Assembly: GCA_964016885.1 (NCBI GenBank)
Contig: OZ024742.1
Span: forward strand, 142,600,001-142,664,000
Source: Eledone cirrhosa
Lineage: Eukaryota
Direction: 5' to 3'
Length of the DNA: 64,000 nt
Positions within the stretch are counted from its first letter, which is position 1. Each line of letters starts with the position of its first letter. Both the position numbers and the translations under genes were made by a program. Shown piece by piece: positions 52,216-64,000 of this stretch. The notes under the pieces are model-generated. The model was not told the origin of the DNA. It did no database searches and worked only from the letters and a program-made list of their open reading frames with translations.

Positions 52216-54325
52216 CATCATCATCATCATCATCATCAACGTTTAACGTCCGTGTTCCACGCTTGCATGGGTTTGGACGGGGGTAGTCCCACTTGAGGCA
52301 AGAGTGATTGTCTTGCTCGCATAGGACTGTCTGGCAGGTTTTCTACAGTTGGATGCCCTTCCTAACACCAACCACATTTACAGTGTGGGTCTGGGAGGTT
52401 TTTACCGTGTTGCCTACACGGCCACATTACAGCGTGGACTGTGTGTTTTTTTGTCGTGACACCTACACGATCTCATTTGTTTCGGCCTCGATGGCGCGGC
52501 ACCAACATAACTTTACATAGAACGGGGTGGTGTGGATCGGGTGGGGGTGGTGGTGGTGGGACGGGGTGTATTTTGTTAGAGATGCCTACTGGCTGGAGTA
52601 GGTTTTACTATATATTTAGGTAAGGCGGGTCTTCTCTGTTACTGAGTACCGCCAAAGGTCTCGGTCCAGTGACATTGTCTTGGAGAGGTGTAAGTGTGTG
52701 ATGTCGGAGTTTATCAGCTCGTCCCAGGTTTTTCTAGGTCTGCCTATTCCGTGACTACCGTCTATCTTTATTGCCCTGCACTTTGTTATACAGCTATCGA
52801 CTTTCATGCGCATCACGTGTCCATACCAATGTAGCCTTCTCTCGAGTAAACAACATCTGATCCCTCTTATCTCTAATTTTTTCCTTAGTTCGTTTATGCT
52901 TTGCCGTTCACGTATATTACTGTTACACATCCAGCGGAGCATGCAAGCTTCGTTCCTCTCTAGTCTGCGTATATCCTCTGCACACAATGCCCAGGTCTCG
53001 CTGCCATGCAGCATTGCTGTTCGTATGCAGGCATCGTACAACCTGCCTTTCATTTTTAGTGAGAACCCTTTAGCAGCTAATAGTGGTATAAGCTCTCTGA
53101 ACTTTTTCCAACCAGTTCTGACTCTAGCTACAGTACTTTCAGAGCACCCTCCCCCACTGCTGATTTTATCGCCCAGGTAACGGAAGCTGTCCACTATTTC
53201 TATAGAACCCTCTGCGCAATTGAAAGAGCTAGTAGTTTGTGGGCACTTGCTGCTACTTATTGCACCAGAGCACCGGCCACATGTAAAATCTATGTTCTTA
53301 GTTAGCTTACCTGTGATCCCACTACATCTTTTATGCACCCATACTTTGCATTTAGGACATAAAATGGAGTTTCTACCTACGCCTTTCCTACACACCGAGC
53401 ACGACCATTTCCCAGAAGGGACCGCCGCCTTGTTTTCTTTCCTACAAACTAGTACTTTGGTCTTAGCCAGGTTAATTTTAAGTCCTTTTGACTCTAGGCC
53501 GTGCTTCCATGTTTGGAATTTCTTCTCTAGCTCGGCCATTGATTCCGCTATGAGTGTCAGGTCGTCTGCGTATAGGAGTTCCCATGGGCAGCCTGTCTTG
53601 AACTCCTCTGTTATAGCCTGAAGGGCAATATTAAATAGTAGTGGGCTGAGAACAGAACCCTGATGGACGCCAACTTTTACGCTAAACTCTTCACTATATT
53701 CGTTGTTAATTCTAACCTTGCTGACTGTTTCTTTATACATGGCTTGTATAGCCCTCACAAGCCATTCGTCAACGCCTAGTTTTCTAAGAGCCCACCAGAT
53801 AATGGAGCGGGGGACTCTGTCGAAGGCTTTCTCCAAGTCGACAAAAGCTAAGTAGAGGGGTTTACCTTTAGCTAGGTACTTCTCCTGTAGTTGTCGTACT
53901 ATGAAAAGAGCGTCTGTGGTACTTTTGCCTGACACAAACCCGAACTGCATTTCATCTAGGTCAATTCTCTTTCTGATTAGTTGCGCTATTACTTTTTCCG
54001 TGACCTTCATGACCTGGTCGATTAATTTAATGCCTCTATAGTTACTCCTATCTAGGGCGTCTCCTTTACCCTTATAACAGTTAACGATGATGCTGCTATG
54101 CCAGTCCTTCGGAACAACCCCATTCTGTACGACTTGGTTAACTATGCGGGTGACCATGGTGTGTCCCACCGTGCCAGATGCCTTCAGCATCTCAGCAACT
54201 ATTTCCGAAGGCCCAGCTGCCTTGCCTGTCTTCATATCCTTGATTGCCTTACTTATTATACTCCCCTCGACTAACACTGCCGGTCCCTCTATTGGGTCGA
54301 TGTGGGGGAGACTGTCTTTCTCCCA
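52216..54325 (-). mobile_element. Young 5'-truncated RTE LINE; open RT frame 52616-54325
   Basis: [42 protein letters not shown]-type finger, FRYLGD; 3' UTR and (GAT)n tail. Confidence 0.95.
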
Positions 54326-54327
54326 AG

Positions 54328-54328
54328 A

Positions 54329-54364
<36 letters not shown>

Positions 54365-54409
54365 GTATATATATATATGTATATATATATATGTATATAT
54401 CTGTATATA

Positions 54410-54457
<48 letters not shown>

Positions 54458-54545
54458 CATAGCAAGAAAGGAAGAGTGAACGACAGAATAATTAAAATAC
54501 GACTTGTCCTCAATAGAACTACGGTGACAGTAATATCTGCGTATG

Positions 54546-54615
<70 letters not shown>

Positions 54616-54620
54616 TACAC

Positions 54621-54651
<31 letters not shown>

Positions 54652-54658
54652 TGTACAC

Positions 54659-54689
<31 letters not shown>

Positions 54690-54843
54690 TACACATATGT
54701 ACATATGTATATATATATATATATACACATATGTACATATGTATATATATATATACACATATGTATATATACATATATATATATATATGTATATATATAT
54801 ATGTATATATATATATACACATATATATATATACACATATATG

Positions 54844-54874
<31 letters not shown>

Positions 54875-54934
54875 GTATATATATATATACACATATATAT
54901 ATATACACATATATGTATATATATATATATACAC

Positions 54935-54965
<31 letters not shown>

Positions 54966-54996
54966 CACATATATATATGTATATATATATATACAC

Positions 54997-55027
<31 letters not shown>

Positions 55028-55034
55028 TATACAC

Positions 55035-55065
<31 letters not shown>

Positions 55066-55072
55066 TATACAC

Positions 55073-55109
<37 letters not shown>

Positions 55110-55283
55110 AATATATATATGTATATATATATATATATATACACATATGTACATATGTATATATATATATATATACACATATGTACATATGTATATATAT
55201 ATATACACATATGTATATATACATATATATATGTATATATACATATATATATATGTATATATATATATATGTATATATATATG

Positions 55284-55337
<54 letters not shown>

Positions 55338-55382
55338 TATATACAGATATATACATATATATATATACATATATATATATAC

Positions 55383-55468
<86 letters not shown>

Positions 55469-55472
55469 ACAC

Positions 55473-55505
<33 letters not shown>

Positions 55506-55573
55506 CATATATATATTTATATGTATATGTATATATATATATATATGTATGTATATATATATATATATATATA
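54328..55573. repeat. (TA)-derived compound microsatellite enclosing an ~83-bp RTE endonuclease fragment (54461-54543, + strand)
   Basis: The island translates [24 protein letters not shown], like the RTE APE segment preceding YAP. Confidence 0.85.
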
Positions 55574-58190
55574 TGGAAGCTAAAGGACCCCACAGCAAGG
55601 AATAAATTTCAAAGCATATTACTTGATGCTTTCGACAGTAACGAAGAACATTTAGAGTCGGACAATATAGAGGGAGAGTGGGAATTTCTGAAAGCAAACC
55701 TGCTGTTGGCGACAGACGAAGTCTGTGGCTGGAGCAGGCCTGTAGGCAGGAGGAGAGTAACATGGTGGTGGAACAGTAAGGTGGAGGGGTCAATTAAGGC
55801 CAAAAGGCAGGCTTGGAAAGTATGGCGGGATGGGGGAAGTAGAGAAGACTATCAAGTGGCCAGGAGGGAAGCTAGGAGACAAGTGTACTTAGCAAGAAGG
55901 GAAGCAGAGGAAAGAAAGTTCAAGCATGTTCTACAACGCGATGACCAAAAACGTGAGGTGTTCAGGATTGCTAGGCAATGCGTCAAGGAAAACCGTCATA
56001 TTGTCGGGGAGAAGTGTGTACTAAACGACGATGGCACACTTGCCATCACCGACGCTGATAAGAAGGTAGCTTGGAAGTGTCTCTATGAAAGGCTACTAAA
56101 TGAGGAGAATAAATGGGAGAAAGACAGTCTCCCCCATATCGACCCAATAGAGGGACCAGCAGTGTTAGTCGAGGGGAGTATAATAAGGCGGCTTGGCCTT
56201 TGGAAATAGTTGCTGAGATGCTGAAGGCATCTGGCACGGTGGGACACACCATGGTCACCCGCATAGTTAACCAAGTCGTACAGAATGGGGTTGTTCCGAA
56301 GGACTGGCATAGCAGCATCATCGTTAACTGTTATAAGGGTAAAGGAGACGCCCTAGATAGGAGTAACTATAGAGGCATTAAATTAATCGACCAGGTCTTG
56401 AAGTGCACGGAAAAAGTAATAGCACAACTAATCAGAAAGAGAATTGACCTAGATGAAATGCAGTTCGGGTTTGTGTCAGGCAAAAGTACCACAGACGCTC
56501 TTTTCATTGTACGACAACTACAGGAGAAGTACCTAGCTAAAGGTAAACCCCTCTACTTAGCTTTTGTCGACTTGGAGAAAGCCTTCGACAGAGTCCCCCG
56601 CTCCATTATCTGGTGGGCTCTTAGAAAACTAGGCGTTGACAAATGGCTTGTGAGAGCTATACAAGCCATGTATAAAGAAACAGTCAGCAAGGTTAGAATT
56701 AACAACGAATACAGTGAAGAGTTTAGCGTAAAAGTTGGCGTCCATCAGGGCTCTGTTCTCAGCCCCCTACTATTTATTATTGCCCTTCAGACTATAACAG
56801 AGGAGTTCAAGACCGGCTGCCCATGGGAACTCCTATACGCAGACGACCTGACACTCATAGCGGAATCAATGGCCGAGCTAGAGAAGAAATTCCAAACATG
56901 GAAGCACGGCCTAGAATCAAAAGGCCTTAAAATTAACCTGGCTAAGACTAAAGTTCTAGTTTGTAGGAAAGAAAATAAGGCGGCGGTCCCTTCTGGGAAA
57001 TGGTCGTGCTCGGTGTGTAGGAAAGGCGTAGGTAGAAACTCCATTTTATGTCCTAAATGCAAAGTATGGGTGCATAAAAGATGTAGTAGGATCACAGGTA
57101 AGCTAACTAAGAACATAGATTTTACATGTGGCCGGTGCTCTGGTGCAATAAGAAGCAGCAAATGCCCACAAAATACTAGCTCTTTCAATTGCGCAGAGGG
57201 TTCTATAGAAATAGTGGACAGTTTCCGTTACCTGAGTGATAAAATCAGCAGTGGCGGAGGGTGCTCTGAAAGTACAGTAGCTAGAGTCAGAACTGGTTGG
57301 AAAAAGTTCAGAGAGCTTATACCACTATTAGCTGCTAAAGGGTTCTCCCTAAAAATGAAAGGCAGGTTGTACGATGCCTGCATACGAACAGCAATGTTGC
57401 ATGGCAGTGAGACCTGGGCATTGTGTGCAGAGGATATACGCAGACTAGAGAGGAACGAAGCTTGCATGCTCCGCTGGATGTGTAACAGTAATATACGTGA
57501 ACGGCAAAGCATAAACGAACTAAGGAAAAAATTAGAAATAAGAGGGATCAGATGTTGTTTACTCGAGAGAAGGCTACGTTGGTATGGACACGTGATGCGC
57601 ATGAAAGTCGATAGCTGTATAACAAAGTGCAGGGCAATAAAGATAGACGGTAGCCACGGAATAGGCAGACCTAGAAAAACCTGGGACGAGCTGATAAACT
57701 CCGACCTCACACACTTACACCTCTCCAAGACAATGTCACTGGACCGAGACCTTTGGCGGTACTCAGTAACAGAGAAGACCCGCCTTACCTAAATACATAG
57801 TAAAACCTACTCCAGCCAGTAGGCATCTCTAACAAAATACACCCCGTCCCACTACCACCACCCCCACCCCATCCACACCACCCCGTTCTATGTAAAGTTA
57901 TGTTGCGGCCGCGCCATCCAGGCCGAAACAAATGAGATCGTGTAGGTGTCACGACAAAAAAACACACAGTCCACGCTGTAATGTGGCCGTGTAGGCAACA
58001 CGGTAAAAACCTCCCAGACCCACACTGTAAATGTGGTTGGTGTTAGGAAGGGCATCCAACTGTAGAAAACCTGCCAGACAGTCCTATGCGAGCAAGACAA
58101 TCACTCTTGCCTCAAGTGGGACTACCCCCGTCCAAACCCATGCAAGCGTGGAACACGGACGTTAAACGTTGATGATGATGATGATGATAT
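55574..58190 (+). mobile_element. Young RTE LINE (linker, RT, 3' UTR) with a ~31-bp frameshifting deletion at ~56185
   Basis: [14 protein letters not shown]..; RT ORF to 57792; nearly identical to the minus-strand copy. Confidence 0.95.
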
Positions 58191-58256
58191 CATATATATA
58201 TATATGTGTATATATATATATGTCTATATATATATATACATATATCATATATATAC

Positions 58257-58287
<31 letters not shown>

Positions 58288-58325
58288 TATACATATATCA
58301 TATATATATATATATGTATATATAC

Positions 58326-61300
58326 CTGCTGTATTAGCGTTAAATTTTCCCTGCTGTATTAGCGATAAATTTTCGAGGGTTTCTCTTAGTAGCTTTTTTC
58401 ATGACGTTATTATTGTTAATTTTACTGATGTAGTATTAACTTATTAACTTGGATATTTACCATGCGGTATTCTAATCCTATTGTATCTCTCTCAGTTATT
58501 TACCATGCGACCCTCAGTTCCTACCCCCCCCCCTCTATGCACTTCTTTAAGGCTTACTACCCTGTCTTTAACCTAATTCATTCAATCTGAAAATATTGAA
58601 GAGATAAGACACTTTGCCATTCTTCTCTGCTAAAATGTACCACTGAGCTGATTCAAATTTTCCCAGCCAGCCATCCACCTAATCTACGAAGGTATTTTAG
58701 CCTACATATTGTCGTTAATATTATGATGTTCCCTGCTGTATTAGCGTTAAATTTTCCCTGCTGTATTAGCGATAAATTTTCGAGGGTTTCTCTTAGTAGC
58801 TTTTTCATGTCGTTAATATTATGATGTTCCCTGCTGTATTAGCGTTAAATTTTCCCTGCTGTATTAGCGATAAATTTTCGAGGGTTTCTCTTAGTAGCTT
58901 TTTTCATGACGTTATTATTGTTAATTTTACTGATGTAGTATTAACTTATTAACTTGGATATTTACCATGCGGTATTCTAATCCTATTGTATCTCTCTCAG
59001 TTATTTACCATGCGACCCTCAGTTCCTACCCCCCCCCCCCTCTATGCACTTCTTTAAGGCTTACTACCCTGTCTTTAACCTAATTCATTCAATCTGAAAA
59101 TATTGAAGAGATAAGACACTTTGCCATTCTTCTCTGCTAAAATGTACCACTGAGCTGATTCAAATTTTCCCAGCCAGCCATCCACCTAATCTACGAAGGT
59201 ATTTTAGCCTACATATTGTCGTTAATATTATGATGTTCCCTGCTGTATTAGCGTTAAATTTTCCCTGCTGTATTAGCGATAAATTTTCGAGGGTTTCTCT
59301 TAGTAGCTTTTTCATGTCGTTAATATTATGATGTTCCCTGCTGTATTAGCGTTAAATTTTCCCTGCTGTATTAGCGATAAATTTTCGAGGGTTTCTCTTA
59401 GTAGCTTTTTTCATGACGTTATTATTGTTAATTTTACTGATGTAGTATTAACTTATTAACTTGGATATTTACCATGCGGTATTCTAATCCTATTGTATCT
59501 CTCTCAGTTATTTACCATGCGACCCTCAGTTCCTACCCCCCCCCCCCCCCCTCTATGCACTTCTTTAAGGCTTACTACCCTGTCTTTAACCTAATTCATT
59601 CAATCTGAAAATATTGAAGAGATAAGACACTTTGCCATTCTTCTCTGCTAAAATGTACCACTGAGCTGATTCAAATTTTCCCAGCCAGCCATCCACCTAA
59701 TCTACGAAGGTATTTTAGCCTACATATTGTCGTTAATATTATGATGTTCCCTGCTGTATTAGCGTTAAATTTTCCCTGCTGTATTAGCGATAAATTTTCG
59801 AGGGTTTCTCTTAGTAGCTTTTTTCATGACGTTATTATTGTTAATTTTACTGATGTAGTATTAACTTGGATATTTACCATGCGACCCTCAGTTTGCCATT
59901 CTTCTCTGCTAAAATGTACCACTGAGCTGATTCAAATTTTCCCAGCCAGCCATCCACCTAATCTACGAAGGTATTTTAGCCTACATATTGTCGTTAATAT
60001 TATGATGTTCCCTGCTGTATTAGCGTTAAATTTTCCCTGCTGTATTAGCGATAAATTTTCGAGGGTTTCTCTTAGTAGCTTTTTTCATGACGTTATTATT
60101 GTTAATTTTACTGATGTAGTATTAACTTGGATATTTACCATGCGACCCTCAGTTTGCCATTCTTCTCTGCTAAAATGTACCACTGAGCTGATTCAAATTT
60201 TCCCAGCCAGCCATCCACCTAATCTACGAAGGTATTTTAGCCTACATATTGTCGTTAATATTATGATGTTCCCTGCTGTATTAGCGTTAAATTTTCCCTG
60301 CTGTATTAGCGATAAATTTTCGAGGGTTTCTCTTAGTAGCTTTTTTCATGACGTTATTATTGTTAATTTTACTGATGTAGTATTAACTTGGATATTTACC
60401 ATGCGACCCTCAGTTTGCCATTCTTCTCTGCTAAAATGTACCACTGAGCTGATTCAAATTTTCCCAGCCAGCCATCCACCTAATCTACGAAGGTATTTTA
60501 GCCTACATATTGTCGTTAATATTATGATGTTCCCTGCTGTATTAGCGTTAAATTTTCCCTGCTGTATTAGCGATAAATTTTCGAGGGTTTCTCTTAGTAG
60601 CTTTTTTCATGACGTTATTATTGTTAATTTTACTGATGTAGTATTAACTTGGATATTTACCATGCGACCCTCAGTTTGCCATTCTTCTCTGCTAAAATGT
60701 ACCACTGAGCTGATTCAAATTTTCCCAGCCAGCCATCCACCTAATCTACGAAGGTATTTTAGCCTACATATTGTCGTTAATATTATGATGTTCCCTGCTG
60801 TATTAGCGTTAAATTTTCCCTGCTGTATTAGCGATAAATTTTCGAGGGTTTCTCTTAGTAGCTTTTTTCATGACGTTATTATTGTTAATTTTACTGATGT
60901 AGTATTAACTTGGATATTTACCATGCGACCCTCAGTTTGCCATTCTTCTCTGCTAAAATGTACCACTGAGCTGATTCAAATTTTCCCAGCCAGCCATCCA
61001 CCTAATCTACGAAGGTATTTTAGCCTACATATTGTCGTTAATATTATGATGTTCCCTGCTGTATTAGCGTTAAATTTTCCCTGCTGTATTAGCGATAAAT
61101 TTTCGAGGGTTTCTCTTAGTAGCTTTTTTCATGACGTTATTATTGTTAATTTTACTGATGTAGTATTAACTTGGATATTTACCATGCGACCCTCAGTTTG
61201 CCATTCTTCTCTGCTAAAATGTACCACTGAGCTGATTCAAATTTTCCCAGCCAGCCATCCACCTAATCTACGAAGGTATTTTAGCCTACATATTGTCGTT

Positions 61301-64000
61301 AATATTATGATGTTCCCTGCTGTATTAGCGTTAAATTTTCCCTGCTGTATTAGCGATAAATTTTCGAGGGTTTCTCTTAGTAGCTTTTTTCATGACGTTA
61401 TTATTGTTAATTTTACTGATGTAGTATTAACTTGGATATTTACCATGCGACCCTCAGTTTGCCATTCTTCTCTGCTAAAATGTACCACTGAGCTGATTCA
61501 AATTTTCCCAGCCAGCCATCCACCTAATCTACGAAGGTATTTTAGCCTACATATTGTCGTTAATATTATGATGTTCCCTGCTGTATTAGCGTTAAATTTT
61601 CCCTGCTGTATTAGCGATAAATTTTCGAGGGTTTCTCTTAGTAGCTTTTTTCATGACGTTATTATTGTTAATTTTACTGATGTAGTATTAACTTGGATAT
61701 TTACCATGCGACCCTCAGTTTGCCATTCTTCTCTGCTAAAATGTACCACTGAGCTGATTCAAATTTTCCCAGCCAGCCATCCACCTAATCTACGAAGGTA
61801 TTTTAGCCTACATATTGTCGTTAATATTATGATGTTCCCTGCTGTATTAGCGTTAAATTTTCCCTGCTGTATTAGCGATAAATTTTCGAGGGTTTCTCTT
61901 AGTAGCTTTTTTCATGACGTTATTATTGTTAATTTTACTGATGTAGTATTAACTTGGATATTTACCATGCGACCCTCAGTTTGCCATTCTTCTCTGCTAA
62001 AATGTACCACTGAGCTGATTCAAATTTTCCCAGCCAGCCATCCACCTAATCTACGAAGGTATTTTAGCCTACATATTGTCGTTAATATTATGATGTTCCC
62101 TGCTGTATTAGCGTTAAATTTTCCCTGCTGTATTAGCGATAAATTTTCGAGGGTTTCTCTTAGTAGCTTTTTTCATGACGTTATTATTGTTAATTTTACT
62201 GATGTAGTATTAACTTGGATATTTACCATGCGACCCTCAGTTTGCCATTCTTCTCTGCTAAAATGTACCACTGAGCTGATTCAAATTTTCCCAGCCAGCC
62301 ATCCACCTAATCTACGAAGGTATTTTAGCCTACATATTGTCGTTAATATTATGATGTTCCCTGCTGTATTAGCGTTAAATTTTCCCTGCTGTATTAGCGA
62401 TAAATTTTCGAGGGTTTCTCTTAGTAGCTTTTTTCATGACGTTATTATTGTTAATTTTACTGATGTAGTATTAACTTGGATATTTACCATGCGACCCTCA
62501 GTTTGCCATTCTTCTCTGCTAAAATGTACCACTGAGCTGATTCAAATTTTCCCAGCCAGCCATCCACCTAATCTACGAAGGTATTTTAGCCTACATATTG
62601 TCGTTAATATTATGATGTTCCCTGCTGTATTAGCGTTAAATTTTCCCTGCTGTATTAGCGATAAATTTTCGAGGGTTTCTCTTAGTAGCTTTTTTCATGA
62701 CGTTATTATTGTTAATTTTACTGATGTAGTATTAACTTGGATATTTACCATGCGACCCTCAGTTTGCCATTCTTCTCTGCTAAAATGTACCACTGAGCTG
62801 ATTCAAATTTTCCCAGCCAGCCATCCACCTAATCTACGAAGGTATTTTAGCCTACATATTGTCGTTAATATTATGATGTTCCCTGCTGTATTAGCGTTAA
62901 ATTTTCCCTGCTGTATTAGCGATAAATTTTCGAGGGTTTCTCTTAGTAGCTTTTTTCATGACGTTATTATTGTTAATTTTACTGATGTAGTATTAACTTG
63001 GATATTTACCATGCGACCCTCAGTTTGCCATTCTTCTCTGCTAAAATGTACCACTGAGCTGATTCAAATTTTCCCAGCCAGCCATCCACCTAATCTACGA
63101 AGGTATTTTAGCCTACATATTGTCGTTAATATTATGATGTTCCCTGCTGTATTAGCGTTAAATTTTCCCTGCTGTATTAGCGATAAATTTTCGAGGGTTT
63201 CTCTTAGTAGCTTTTTTCATGACGTTATTATTGTTAATTTTACTGATGTAGTATTAACTTGGATATTTACCATGCGACCCTCAGTTTGCCATTCTTCTCT
63301 GCTAAAATGTACCACTGAGCTGATTCAAATTTTCCCAGCCAGCCATCCACCTAATCTACGAAGGTATTTTAGCCTACATATTGTCGTTAATATTATGATG
63401 TTCCCTGCTGTATTAGCGTTAAATTTTCCCTGCTGTATTAGCGATAAATTTTCGAGGGTTTCTCTTAGTAGCTTTTTTCATGACGTTATTATTGTTAATT
63501 TTACTGATGTAGTATTAACTTGGATATTTACCATGCGACCCTCAGTTTGCCATTCTTCTCTGCTAAAATGTACCACTGAGCTGATTCAAATTTTCCCAGC
63601 CAGCCATCCACCTAATCTACGAAGGTATTTTAGCCTACATATTGTCGTTAATATTATGATGTTCCCTGCTGTATTAGCGTTAAATTTTCCCTGCTGTATT
63701 AGCGATAAATTTTCGAGGGTTTCTCTTAGTAGCTTTTTTCATGACGTTATTATTGTTAATTTTACTGATGTAGTATTAACTTGGATATTTACCATGCGAC
63801 CCTCAGTTTGCCATTCTTCTCTGCTAAAATGTACCACTGAGCTGATTCAAATTTTCCCAGCCAGCCATCCACCTAATCTACGAAGGTATTTTAGCCTACA
63901 TATTGTCGTTAATATTATGATGTTCCCTGCTGTATTAGCGTTAAATTTTCCCTGCTGTATTAGCGATAAATTTTCGAGGGTTTCTCTTAGTAGCTTTTTT
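58326..64000. repeat. Satellite array: edge units of ~406/98/409/98/413 bp, then ~16.3 apparently identical 261-bp units from 59750 to the window end
   Basis: Unit starts (CCTGCTGTATTAGCGTT) at 58326, 58732, 58830, 59239, 59337, 59750, 60011, 60272, and so on. Confidence 0.97.

Noticed and set aside
54326-55474. N-terminal extension of the 952-aa ORF 52616-55474
   Set aside because: Microsatellite read-through; RTE homology ends at 54325.
59750-64000. CRISPR-like or coding tandem array (261 = 87 codons)
   Set aside because: No unique spacers, no cas genes, eukaryotic context, and no ORF reported across the units.

Overview
Eukaryotic (animal), AT-rich, repeat-saturated DNA. The abundant RTE LINEs with (GAT)n tails, tRNA-derived SINEs and huge (TA)n/(CA)n tracts point to an octopus/coleoid cephalopod (inference, not database-checked). 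1-10.9 kb: two head-to-tail Tx1-clade LINEs. The first is decayed and split by a Chapaev3-type DNA transposon (TTA TSD); the second is near full length, with an open 1095-aa ORF2 that lacks the catalytic C-terminal part of its endonuclease. 11-52 kb: RTE, CR1-like and R4/Dong fragments, two SINE families, Helitrons, MITEs, palindromes, two candidate host exons on the minus strand, and about a dozen minimal type I hammerhead-ribozyme-like motifs, several in back-to-back inverted pairs. 52-58 kb: two near-identical RTE copies in inverted orientation; their RT carries an inserted C4HC3 PHD-type finger. 58.3-64 kb: a homogeneous 261-bp satellite with longer variant units at its edge. All alignments and folds were done by eye, so boundaries of degenerate elements are approximate. 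Most ORF-track entries are microsatellite or antisense artefacts.
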